Assembly (NCBI RefSeq): GCF_006345805.1
Contig: NW_021833484.1
Coordinates: 1-29,103 of the forward strand
Direction of reading: 5' to 3'
Origin: Octopus sinensis
Lineage: Eukaryota
Length of the DNA stretch: 29,103 bases
Shown: positions 11,929 to 22,330 of the stretch, one piece after another
How the letters are laid out: the number at the start of each line of letters is the position of its first letter
Position numbering within the stretch: the stretch's first letter is position 1
Notes under the pieces: model-generated
Seen by the model: the letters and a program-made list of their open reading frames with translations, nothing else
Told to the model about the DNA's origin: nothing
Databases searched by the model: none
Translations under genes and position numbers: made by a program

Positions 11929-12476
11929 ACTACCTTAAGGTGACCCGCTCTATGCACGGGTGAGGGTATGGTTGTTACTTTCTGTTTCTTATCACAACAT
12001 TCTCCTTTGTTACTCTCTCACTCTTCCTTTCTCTCGGACTCTCCCTAGCTTTCTCTTACTCTCTATCTTTCTCTATCTATATCTCTCCCATTTATAAAAA
12101 AACAAAAGATCTTGAGTAAGTTGTGAAAGAAGATATTTTGAAAGATCAATCATAAATATCAGGCAGTGACAACAGAAAGCACACTTGCCTTTTGTATGTG
12201 CCACTATTTTAGCGGTTAAAAATAAGGAGAAAAAGGATTTCTTTGTTAAATTTAGTACTTATTTTGGGAATTTTTTGACGATTGACCGTGCAAATGAAAG
12301 CTCTAAACACGCGCTATATGCAGCTGTAAATTTCTTTCAGAAAAAATGAAAACTTTAAACAAAAAATAAAAGGCAAAAATGAGAAACCACCCCTTAAACT
12401 GTTCCCATCCCAAAATGAGAGAAATAACCAAGAAATCAAACAACTTTTCCACATTTCAGCTTTATAGATATTGATT
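11929..12476 (+). mobile_element. Helitron/Helentron-like non-autonomous repeat (a related 3' end lies near 12928)
   Basis: 5' acccg..cgggt hairpin, CT-rich tract, and a 3' motif catttcagcttta..gatattgatt present twice. Confidence 0.35.
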
Positions 12477-13228
12477 GCAGCCACTAATGTCTAGGGGTTG
12501 ATGACAATAATATATTAAGATTAGCGGGAATATTTAAACTTTTGCGGCTGTCAACACTTTCTCTTTATAGATACAGACAGACGTACAGTGAGAGAGGTGG
12601 TGGAAGAAAGAGTGACAGAGAGACGGCAAAGCTGTCAAACGTTGTTACAGAGAGAAAGTGGAGGGAAGGTAGGAAAGAGAGAGAGAGCCAGAGGAAGAGA
12701 GGGTGATATGCGAAAGAGAGAAATGACAAAAGTATGGGATTTTTTGCCCTAGTAACCACAGCTTTTGAGATAGGGGTTTCTAACCTAATCCACTCACTTC
12801 CCTGCCTCTTTTTACATGTCCCTGTAAATTTTGGAGCCAATCCGACCCCATCTAGTAACCCTTAACCCGTCACAATCCCAAAATCAGACAAACAAACTTT
12901 TTGCATTTCAGCTTTATGGATATTGATTATTGTCATCATTATTATTCAACCTGAGTTCCTTTTACCATGCTGGCATGGGTTGGACAGTTTCAAATACTAC
13001 ATCAAGTTCCAATATCTGCTTTCATGTGGTTTTCACAAGAGATGCTTTTCCTAATACTAATCTCTTTACAGTGTGATCTGGATATCTTTTTTTTATGGGG
13101 CACCAGCATCAGTGAGGTCACTAAATAACTTGCATGACAAAGATTCTCTTGATTGAGAGAGGGTGTAGTACTATGGGAGATGGCTTAGGGCAGGATCTTT
13201 TCCCTTTGAATGGCAGATCGAGAAATTC

Positions 13229-13380
13229 TTAATCTTTTCGTTACCAACACGGCTGAAAACACCTTTCGCTCTGTAGTACAAATGTTTTGTTTTCATAAGT
13301 TTTGAATTAAAATCTTCAAACCTTAGTCACAATTTATGTTCTTAACACTAGCTTAATGATAACTAAGATATTTTACTATG
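13229..13380 (+). mobile_element. Probable TTAA-type MITE end (a related end starts at 8445)
   Basis: ttaa-tc(c/t)tttcgttacc terminus seen twice; the other end was not found. Confidence 0.35.
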
Positions 13381-13396
13381 GTTTTATTATTTTATG

Positions 13397-13777
13397 GTTG
13401 GCACTCAGTTGGTTAAGACGACAAGGGTCCCAGATGAACCAATCAACAGAACAGCCTGCTCATGAAATTAACATGCAAGTGGCTGAGCACTCCACAGACA
13501 CGTACCCTTAACATAGTTCTCGAGGAGATTCAGTGTCACACAGAGTGTGACAAAGCTGGCCTCTTTGAAATACAGGTACGATAGAAACAGGAAGAAGGAG
13601 TGAGAGAAAGTTGTGGTGAAATAATACAGCAGGGTTCGCCACCATCCCTGCTGGAGCCTCGTCAAACTTTAGGTGCTTTCACTCAATAAACACACACAAT
13701 GACCGATCTGGGAATCGAAATCGTGATCCGACGACCACAAGTCTGCTGCCCTAACCACTGGGCCTTTGTTCCTCCAC
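13397..13777 (-). mobile_element. tRNA-derived SINE family S3
   Basis: Head gtggagg..ggcccagtggttagggcagc...tttcgattcccag with A/B boxes. Confidence 0.75.
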
Positions 13778-14007
13778 ATGACAACATTACTGTTTGATCT
13801 AACTAAGAATAAAAGACTGCAGAGTTAGCGGAAATTAAAATAGGCGCAGGAGTGACTGTGTGGCAAGTAGCTAGCTTACCAACCACATGATTCCGGGTCC
13901 ATTTCCACTGAGTGTCACCTTGGGCAAATGTCTTCTACTATAGCCTTGGGCCAACAAAAGCCTTGTGAGTGGATTTGGTAGACCGAAACTGAAAGAAGCC
14001 CATTGTA

Positions 14008-14051
<44 letters not shown>

Positions 14052-14191
14052 TAAAAAATGGAGTTAACGCAGGTTTAAACAAGTATTTTTACTTTCTACA
14101 TATGTTTCAAAAATTCCACTGATACTTATTCAAAAGAATAAAAGGTATAAACAATGCAAGATATTTGATGTGAAATCATGTGTTGAAACAG

Positions 14192-14411
14192 ATATTGTTG
14201 TATTAAGGAATGGTCATGTTGCCAGTTTAGCCAATAAAAAGAAAGGAGAAAGCAAAGGATCACTGATGAGGTCACAGAAGTGTGACGAAAGAACTCTGGC
14301 CGAAATAAGATTAAGATTAATGTAAAAAATAAATAATGCTGAAGCAAAGTAACATCAAATATATAGTTTTTATTGGCTAAACTGGCAACATGACCATTCC
14401 AAAATACAACA

Positions 14412-14415
<4 letters not shown>
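14192..14415. repeat. Fold-back with 49-bp inverted arms
   Basis: 14207-14240 is the exact reverse complement of 14367-14400; it extends 15 bp further with 2 mismatches. Confidence 0.95.
14258..14301 (+). ncRNA. Minimal type I hammerhead, family 2
   Basis: gatca CTGATGA g GTCAC-agaagt-GTGAC GAAA G-aa-C TC tggcc; predicted CUC cleavage site. Confidence 0.6.
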
Positions 14416-14463
<48 letters not shown>

Positions 14464-14674
14464 ATGTTTGTGTTTGTCCCCCAACATCGCTTGACAACCA
14501 ATGGTGGTGTGTTTACATCCCCGTAACTTAGCAGTTTGGCAAAAGAGACCGATAGAATAAGTACTAGGCTTCCAAAAATAGGTCCTGGGGTTGATTTGCT
14601 CAACTGAAGGCGATGCTCCAGCATGGCCACAGTCAAATGACAAACAAGTAAAAGAGTAAAAACAATAGACTTAC

Positions 14675-14770
14675 CAAGTGATTGTCATCCTGAAAAGCAT
14701 AATGTAAATTTGTGATCCAGCGTCTGTCTCCATACACCAGTACATCTCGTTCTTCTTTAAAGCAGGCCGT
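14675..14770 (-). CDS. CDC42BPA: MRCK kinase exon (96 nt): [32 protein letters not shown]
   Basis: Helix-C EERD motif; tttcag acceptor and gtaag donor; in frame with neighbouring exons. Confidence 0.96.
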
Positions 14771-15007
14771 CTGAAACAGAATGAAAAGTGTAATTCAATG
14801 ATAAGCAGAATAGTGAGAACACTTGGGCCAGTTTAAAAGCTAAAGGAATACATAATACATTCTAGGGAATTTGAACATCTTATCTAGCCACCATAGTCTG
14901 CAGATCTCAATATTATTGAACATTTATGATGTATTTTAGAAAAACAAGGAGTCGATACCCTCCACATCATTACTACAAGAACTGGAGACTGTTTTAGCTG
15001 AAAAGAA

Positions 15008-15292
15008 AATGATGATGATGATCATCATCATCATCGTTTAACGTCTGCTTTCCATGATACAATGGGTTGGACGATTTGACTGAGGGCTGGTGAACCAGAT
15101 GGCTGCACTAGACCCCAATCTGATCTGGCAGAGTATCTGCAGCTGGATGCCCTTCCTAACGCCAAAAATTCCAAGAGTGTAGCGGGTGCTTTTATGTGCA
15201 ACCGGCACGAGGGCCGGTCAGGCAGTATTGGCAACGCCCACACTCAAATGGTGTTTTTTACATGCCACCTGAACAGGAGCCAGTCCGGCAGA
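15008..15292 (-). mobile_element. RTE 3' UTR fragment
   Basis: (ATC)n-gtttaacgtc...gatgcccttcctaacgcc. Confidence 0.8.
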
Positions 15293-15299
15293 TATAAAA

Positions 15300-15407
15300 A
15301 AATTTTTTTTTGTACTTAACACAGTGTTTATAATTAAAAAAGGAAATAAATAAATATGCTCTGAAATGAAACACCATGTCAAAATAATTGATCCATTAAG
15401 GGGTTAA
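15300..15407 (+). mobile_element. piggyBac-like right end
   Basis: ATCCATTAAGGGG-TTAA matches the reverse complement of 8615-8631 at 15/17 positions, and is preceded by AATAAA motifs. Confidence 0.4.
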
Positions 15408-15467
15408 ATATATAAGTTAAAGGCTTAATGAAAGTAATTAAGGGTGACCACAATAGATATAACTCAC

Positions 15468-15551
15468 CTCGGCCCTCTTTAGCATTTCCCACTTGTTGAG
15501 GATCTTCATAGCATACACTTCTTCTGTTCCTTTCAATTTCACTACAGCAAC
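15468..15551 (-). CDS. CDC42BPA: MRCK kinase exon (84 nt): [28 protein letters not shown]
   Basis: Catalytic Lys (AMK) plus KWEMLKRAE, the MRCK signature (ROCK has KFEMIKRSD). AG acceptor and GTGAG donor. Confidence 0.96.
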
Positions 15552-15756
15552 CTAAAATGGAAACATAAAAATGATATCACTGTCATCATCGTTATCATCA
15601 TTTCGTACATCATCTGTTTTTCATGCTGGCATGGGTTGGATGATTTCATAGGAGCTGATAAGGCTGGGAGCTGATAAGGCTGGGAGCTGTTCAAAGCTCT
15701 GTTTTGCTGTCAGATAAGGAGAGCGACAGTGAGAAAAATATAAAAATGATATCGAT

Positions 15757-15927
15757 TTCCTTATTGCCCATAGGGGGGGGGGCTAAACATAGGGGGGATT
15801 TAATTGACCCCGAGAGGATGAAAGTCAAAGTTGACCTCGGCGGAATTTGAACTCAGAACATAGTGGTAGATGAAATACTACTAAGCATTTCGCCCGGCAT
15901 GCTAACGATTCTGCCAGCTCACCGCCC
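15757..15927 (-). mobile_element. SINE S2 with internal deletion
   Basis: Reverse complement of the 28047 family. Confidence 0.75.
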
Positions 15928-15930
15928 TTT

Positions 15931-16118
15931 TAATTGTTTCAGTCATTTGACTGTGGCCATGCTGGAGCACCACCTTTAGTCAAGCAAATCGACCCAAGGA
16001 CTTATTCTTTGTAAGCCTAGTACTTATTCTAACAGTCACTTTTGCCAAACCGCTAAGTTACGGGGATGTAAACACACCAGCATCGGTTGTCAAGCGATGT
16101 TGGGGCAACAAACATATA

Positions 16119-16155
<37 letters not shown>

Positions 16156-16314
16156 CGGGCTTCTTTCAGTTTCTGTCTATCAAATCCACTACACAAGGCG
16201 TGGTCAGCCCGAGACTATAGTAGAAGGCACTTGCCCAAGGTGCCACGCAGTGGGACTGAACCCAGACCATGTGGTTGGTAAGCAAGCTACTTACCACAGA
16301 GCCATTCCTACGCC
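15931..16314 (-). mobile_element. SINE S1, full length
   Basis: Family match. Confidence 0.9.
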
Positions 16315-16825
16315 CTTTATACAAATATAAAATGATATCATCATCATCATCATTTCGTTCATAATCCGTTTTTCATGCTGGCATGGGTTGGATTTGATAG
16401 GAGCTGGTAAAGCTGGGAGCTGTTCAAAAGTCTACTGTCTGTTTTGCTGTAGTTTCTACATCACGATGCCCTTCATAACACCAACCACTTTGCAGAGCAT
16501 GCTTTTTATGTGGCACCAGCACTGACAGAGTTACCAAGTACCTTTTAAGTACCATAAGAATGCCCCGTTTTAGCATGTGAATGCTAAAGCCAATGCAGTA
16601 AACCTGAAGTTTTGGCAAAAGTGTGAATAATTTTGGACTTCCTGGCCATTTTACATGACTACGGTTGGCACTCCGTCAGTCATGACGACAAGAGTCCCAT
16701 ATTGTTGAGATCCCTCAACAAGTACCTGTTTTGTCCACCCTGTCATAGTAATCCCATCATCCTTTAGCATAAAGCTGATCCTCCACCCAGAGAGATTAAA
16801 ATATAGGACAGGCAAGCACATAAAT

Positions 16826-16990
16826 ATGCAGGATACACATATACAGATGCACACACACACATACATACATACAAACACATGTAAAAACACACACACACAC
16901 ATACATACGTACATGCGTACATGTATAGGCACACACACGTACATGTATAGGCACACACACACACACACACACACTGACCCACACACATGT
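16826..16990. repeat. (CA)n/(CATA)n compound microsatellite
   Basis: Direct reading. Confidence 0.9.
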
Positions 16991-17227
16991 GCACAAACAA
17001 ACAAAAGGGAATGCAGTGTAAATAACGGACAGAGTCAAGACCATTGAAAAGGTTGCAAGACACAACGAAAATTTTAGGAAAATAAAAATAAGAAATAAGT
17101 GGAAATTTTACCGGTCAGTGTGTTACATTAAAAGGCACAAAAAGAAAATGACGCTCCCCAGACACAACAGAATAACAAGAATGATGAGCTAAAATAGAGG
17201 ACATTGATTAAATAATTAAAAACTTAC

Positions 17228-17319
17228 CTCACCAAATGCTCCACGACCAATAATTTTCAGGGTTTCAAAATCGTCTCGTTGTAGACGGCTTTGCTTGGCC
17301 TTTAAAACAACAGGTCTTG
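17228..17319 (-). CDS. CDC42BPA: MRCK/gek kinase exon (92 nt, phase 1 start): (A)RPVVLKAKQSRLQRDDFETLKIIGRGAFGE
   Basis: Manual translation gives the Gly-rich loop IGRGAFGE. Acceptor ttttag at 17320-21, donor gtaag at 17227-23. The invertebrate gene is co-orthologous to CDC42BPA/B/G. Confidence 0.95.
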
Positions 17320-17403
17320 CTAAAAATTGAGAAAGCAAAACATAAATAAGAGGTTTACCAAGACAAACAAACTGTATTCAACTTTTAAGAATAAATTATG
17401 CAT

Positions 17404-17584
17404 GGCGTAGGAGTGGCTGCATGGTAAGTAGCTTGCTTTCCAACTACATGGTTCCGGGTTCAGTTCCACTGCGTGGCACCTTGGGCAAGTGTCTTCTACT
17501 ATAGCCTCGGGCCAACCAAAGCCTTGTGAATGGATTTGGTAGATGGAAACTGAAAGAAGCCCGTTGTATATATGTATATAAAAA

Positions 17585-17615
<31 letters not shown>

Positions 17616-17806
17616 TTGTGTTGTCCCCACCAACATCACTTGACAACCGATACTGGTGTGTTTACATCCCTGTAACTAAGCGGTTTGGCAAAAGAGACCG
17701 CTAGAATAAGTACTAGGCTTACAAAGAATAAGCCCTGGGGATCGATTTGCTTGACTAAAGGCAGTGCTCCAGCATGGCCGCAGTCAAATGACTGAAACAA
17801 GTAGAT
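17404..17806 (+). mobile_element. SINE S1, full length
   Basis: Family match. Confidence 0.9.
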
Positions 17807-18174
17807 GAATAATGAATAAAGAATAATGATGATCATTTAACGTCCATTTTCCATAATGATACTCATTGGACAGTTTGACAGACTCCAGTGTATCTTAGGA
17901 CGTCATTGTGCTCTAGTGTTTGTTAAGGTAAGGGCTAGAGACAAGTGCCCTACCAATCACCAAGTACTTTAGAGTATGTACTAAGCGCTCCTTTCATATT
18001 AACTGCACTATTAAGGTTGCCATGCAGCCTGCCTAACTACAAAGCGAGAGATGAGGGGCCAGCTTTTTGCAAGGGAACAGCAAATTGAAGTGTGCAGGGG
18101 GCAGGTTCTTGTAAAAGACCTGCATCTAGGAAGTGAGAGACAGAGAGAATGAAAGTGGGAGCTTTAAGAGAGAA

Positions 18175-18468
18175 ATAATGATGAGGTGCCTAGGTGACCC
18201 CACAAGACATAGGAGTTTAAGAAGCAGTTTGCAAGTAGAGAAAGGGAAGCAGAAGGGAAAATCAAAACAGGGGCTGCTAGAGAAAGATAATGATGATGAG
18301 GGGCCTAGATAGCCCCACAAGACATAGGAGTTTAAGAAGCAGTTTGCAAGTAGAGAAAAGGAAGCAAAAGCGAAAATTAACATTAGGGGCTGCAACAGGA
18401 AGATAATGATGATGAGGAGCCTAGATGGCCCCACAAGACACAAAATAAATTGAACTGGTTTGCAAGAT
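18175..18468. repeat. Tandem repeat, ~115-bp unit, about 2.6 copies
   Basis: ataatgatgatgaggggcctagatggccccacaagac unit starts at 18175, 18287 and 18403. Confidence 0.85.
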
Positions 18469-18614
18469 TGTATGGGAAGGAGGATAAGTGTATGAGGAGT
18501 AAGAAATAGATAGGGTTGAAGGGTGCATGAGGAAGGAGCTTGGAGTTAGAGTGTCAGAGAGATGCGGAAGAGAGGAAAGGATAACTGACAGGAATAGTAA
18601 AGATGACACAGTTG

Positions 18615-18685
18615 TCAGTGGAGGAGAATACAAGAGGAGGTACACCCAGGAAGACATGGGATGAGGTAGTCAAGCATGACCTTTA
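18615..18685 (+). mobile_element. RTE C-terminal coding fragment (PRKTWDEVVKHDL)
   Basis: Homologous to 5398-5460. Confidence 0.7.
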
Positions 18686-18700
18686 TCCCACGGGGGAGCA

Positions 18701-18813
18701 GTAAAACCACCAACAGAAGAGAATATGACCAACGACTGTGTGTACTCCATCCCATGCCGCTGTGGTAGGTTATACAAAGGCAAAAACATGCCGCCCCCTC
18801 AAAGTAAAGGTAG
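18701..18813 (+). mobile_element. Short independent PLE GIY-YIG fragment (VKPPTEENMTNDCVYSIPCRCGRLYKG)
   Basis: Homologous to 19289-19400 but with an intact VYSIPCxCGRLYKG motif. Confidence 0.8.
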
Positions 18814-18814
18814 A

Positions 18815-18910
18815 GGCTATAGTAAAAGAAACTTGCCCAAGGTGCCACACAGTGGGAAGGAACCTGGAAGCATGTGGCTACTAAGCAAGTTACTTACCAC
18901 ACAGCCACTA
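18815..18910 (-). mobile_element. SINE S1 head fragment
   Basis: Family match. Confidence 0.7.
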
Positions 18911-18947
18911 CAATTAACGGATATTTGTCCTCATCTTGTTTGTTGTT

Positions 18948-18993
18948 AACACAACGTTTCGGCTGATATAGCCTCCAGCTTTCTTCAAGTGTC
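18948..18993 (-). ncRNA. Hammerhead family 1 (C3U, stem II mismatch)
   Basis: gacac TTGAAGA a agctg..cagcc GAAAC GTT gtgtt. Confidence 0.65.
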
Positions 18994-19112
18994 TTGGGGA
19001 AATTTCGAAACTGGGTTCTCATTCCTAACGTATTTTTCAATGTTGTTGTTATTATTCAGTTCTATATGTAATTTACATTTGACGGATATTTGTCTTAATC
19101 TTGTTTCTTGTT

Positions 19113-19158
19113 AACACAAGGTTTTGGCTGATATACCTTCCAGCCTTCATTAGGTGTC
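19113..19158 (-). ncRNA. Hammerhead family 1, degenerate (G5A, G12A)
   Basis: Mirror of 2273-2318, with the cleavage triplet changed to CTT. Confidence 0.6.
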
Positions 19159-19677
19159 TTGGGGAAATTTTGAACTTGGGTACCCTATGTGAAAGGCCTC
19201 TCCAAAAAGATACAAAAGATATGCGGCCCCTATGACATCAGGACAGTATTCAAGAGTAATACAACACTTCACAAACATATCCTTCGAGTAAAGCCGCAAA
19301 TAGAAGAGAATATGACCAAAGACTCTGTGTACTCCATCCCATGCAGCTATGATATGGTTATACAAAGGCGAAACATGCCGCCACCTCTATATAAGGGTAG
19401 ATGAAAATCGTAAAGCTGTGACATGTGGAGATATTGATAAATCGGGTATAGCTGATTATGTATACAAAAATGGAGACCACCTCCCCATGTGGGATGAAGT
19501 TAAAATAATAGACAGAGAACACCACTGGAAAATACAAAAACTAAAAGAAGCAGCACATATGCTAGGACACAACAACCTCCTAAGCAGACCGAGTGCAGAT
19601 ATGAGCAGCATATGGGAACTGGTATTAGGAAAATATTAGATTTATAAGCCCTAAAATTCATTCCATAAATACACACA

Positions 19678-19749
19678 GGCATATGGCATAGTGGTTAAGA
19701 GCGCAGGCTACTAACCCCAAGATTCTGAGTTCGATGCCAAGCAGTGACC
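19678..19749 (+). promoter_or_regulatory. tRNA-derived internal Pol III promoter inside the PLE 3' repeat
   Basis: A box TGGCATAGTGG at 19684-94 and B box GTTCGATGC at 19729-37 with tRNA-like spacing; anticodon-loop-like CTACTAA; no pairing acceptor stem. Confidence 0.7.
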
Positions 19750-19814
19750 TCAACAATAGTAATAACATCAAAAAATTCCTTAGGAATGAGAACCCAGGTT
19801 CGAAATTTCCCCAA

Positions 19815-19860
19815 GACACCTGATGAAGGCTGGAGGGTATATCAGCCAAAACGTTGTGTT
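19815..19860 (+). ncRNA. Hammerhead family 1 (G12A core mutation)
   Basis: gacac CTGATGA a ggctg..cagcc AAAAC GTT gtgtt; stems I and II pair fully. Confidence 0.7.
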
Positions 19861-20127
19861 AACAACAAACAAGACAAGGACAAATATCTGTCAAATTTAA
19901 ATAATCTAAATAAATTACAGTTCTTATTGTAACCATTCAGCTTTCAGATTACTGACAAATGTAATTATTATTTATTCAGATCATTCTGAAGTAATTGGCA
20001 CTGAGATTTTGACAAAGTGATTCTTTAATTAAAATGTCATTGAGGGTAGGCATGAAAAGCCTGGCTGCTACGTATACAGAACGGGTAAAATATTTGACCA
20101 GTTTAAATGGTATATGTATATACAATA

Positions 20128-20261
20128 AGCGTGGTAAGAAGCTTGCTTCCCAATCACATGATTCTGGGTTCAACCCCACTGCATGGCACCTTGAGCAAGT
20201 TTCTTCCACTACACGCTTGGACTTTAGTAAATGGAAACAGAAAGAAGCCTATTGTGTGTGT

Positions 20262-20297
<36 letters not shown>

Positions 20298-20450
20298 CTG
20301 TGTTTGTCTGCCTACCATCACTTGGTGTGTTTACATCCTTATTACTTGGTGGTTCAGCAAAAGAGACTGATAGAATAAGTCCTGGGGTCGATTTGTTCGA
20401 CTAAAGGTAGTGCTCCAGTATGGCTGTAATCAAATGACAAACAAGAAATA
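20128..20450 (+). mobile_element. Diverged SINE S1
   Basis: Family match with deletions. Confidence 0.75.
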
Positions 20451-20541
20451 CACAGACACAAACACAGAGGGCATATCAGTGTTTTATGATCATTTGTATG
20501 GATTTTAAAAAAGGACAGAAAACTCAAAGAAATGCTGTATT

Positions 20542-21075
20542 TACTCTTTTACTTGTTTCAGTCATTTGACTGTGGCCATGCTGGAGCACCGCCTTTAATC
20601 AAGCAAATCGACCCCAGGACTTATTCTTTGTAAGCCCAGTACATATTCTATCAGTCTCTTTTGCCGAACTGCAGGAACGTAAAGTTACAGGAACGTAAAC
20701 ACACCAGCATCAATTGTCAAGCAACGCTGGGGGGACAAACACACACACATATATATACGACAGGCTTCTTTCAGTTTCCATCTCCCAAATCCACTCACAA
20801 GGCTTTGGTCGACCTGAGGCTATAGTACAAGACACTTGCCCAAGGTGCCATGCAGTGGGACTGAACCCAGAACCATGTGGTTGGTAAGCTACTTACCACA
20901 CAGCCACTCCTGCGCCTATATACATATATGCAATGGGCTTCTTTTAGTTTCCGTCTACCAAATCCACTTACAAGGCTATAGTAGAAGACACTTGGCCAAG
21001 GTGCCACGCAGTGGGAATGAACCAGGAACCATGTGGTTCGTAAGCAAGCTACTTACCACACAGCCACACTGCGCC
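20542..21075 (-). mobile_element. SINE S1 (20542-20916) plus an adjacent 5' half (20925-21075)
   Basis: Two heads ending tgcgcc. Confidence 0.85.
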
Positions 21076-21219
21076 TTAATCTGATTGGAACTACTAATGT
21101 TTGCTTTCTGTATCTATCCGTGTATAATTGTAGACATACTTATTAATAGGGTTAATTTTGTAAGCTTTTGTATATTATTGATGTAGGAATTTAGATGTAT
21201 GAACATAGGTGTATGGATA

Positions 21220-21929
21220 AGTATGTATGTATGTATGTTTGTTTGAATGTGTATATGTGTCCGTTTATGTGGATTGTAAGAGGGACTGTGTGGGTGTATG
21301 TATGTGTATAGATAGATACATATTTATATATATGTATTGACAGTATGCAAGAGTATTTTCATTCACATGTATGAATGTATGCTTGTGTATATGTGAATTG
21401 ATGTATACGTATATTTATATGTATTTCATTGGATGTACATTTATGGTGTCCAACGTATGTAGTTTTGTTTACGTAGCTATATATATGTGAGTACAAATGC
21501 ACTTCGATTGAAGATATTGTTGTCTGTGTCTTTTGTAAATATCTATCCAAGTCTTAGCATATAGATGAATGGACTCTTATTTAACAACTTATTTAGTTTA
21601 GATAAACTAATATGATTTATTTAACTAATAATCTGACCTCCTATTGCTTACAATAGGCCTAGCGAATAAGTTCAAATGAATTAGCCAATTGGAAATAGCT
21701 CACAATTTTAAATGACCGATCCCTAATCCCCAATATATTTTTTAAAATCTTTAATATGCATAAAACATAAACATTAACTTTGTGGATTAAATTCAGCTTA
21801 GACATAAAGTTTGGATTTACTATTTTGGATTCTAAAATTGAATTTGTTCACGTTACGTGGTTGTATTAAGTAATATCTAGATTATGATTGCCTGATTTAT
21901 ATACTTATACGCATATATTTTGTTTGTGC

Positions 21930-21968
<39 letters not shown>

Positions 21969-22320
21969 AACCTTGTATTGTGAATTTTTGTTATGATAGT
22001 TGACATTAGTATAGTATGCATGATCTGTTGAAGATTATCGTTAAAGCAATAATATTGTTGTTACTGATAAACATAGTAGTGTATATACATTATAATGTAT
22101 ATAAATAACTATACAATGCATGGTATACCCAATGTAATATATTGTTCAATGGTGTTCATTAATGTATTTTGCACATGTGAATAGTATGTACGCTTTGCTT
22201 ATGTATGTATATATGTATTTTTTTATATGTGTATATATATATATTTGTTTATTGTCTATTTGTATATATTAAGTAATAAGTGCAGCATGTTTAGTATATT
22301 AATATTATTATTATATATTT
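21220..22320. repeat. AT-rich low-complexity tract with (TATG)n and (TA)n
   Basis: Direct reading; (TA)n at about 21933-21965. Confidence 0.8.
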
Positions 22321-22330
22321 AAAGTTAATT

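Larger units (their letters stand above)
13843..14660 (+). mobile_element. SINE S1 split by a 366-bp insert (14050-14415) in its central microsatellite
   Basis: 5' half at 13843-14049 and 3' half at 14416-14660. Confidence 0.85.
18915..19905 (+). mobile_element. PLE composite, copy B (inverted relative to copy A)
   Basis: 19151-19870 differs from the reverse complement of 1561-2280 at 13 of 720 positions by manual count; same +1 frameshift in the GIY-YIG motif. Confidence 0.9.

Noticed and set aside
14085-14140. Second hammerhead on the minus strand of the fold-back insert (GAAAC-ATAT-GTA)
   Set aside because: The palindromic 3' half is suggestive, but the 5' core reads TTGAATA and stems I and II do not pair; too degenerate to call.
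8615-15407. One pack-type piggyBac that captured the two exons
   Set aside because: The exons are collinear and in frame with the rest of the gene and their outer boundaries match vertebrate exon boundaries as recalled, so they are native.
14126-17065. ORF-track proteins rich in HT/CV/YI repeats (also 20034-20378 and similar)
   Set aside because: They are translations of microsatellites and SINEs.
19678-19749. A functional tRNA gene
   Set aside because: The acceptor stem does not pair and the T stem is broken; kept only as a tRNA-derived promoter.
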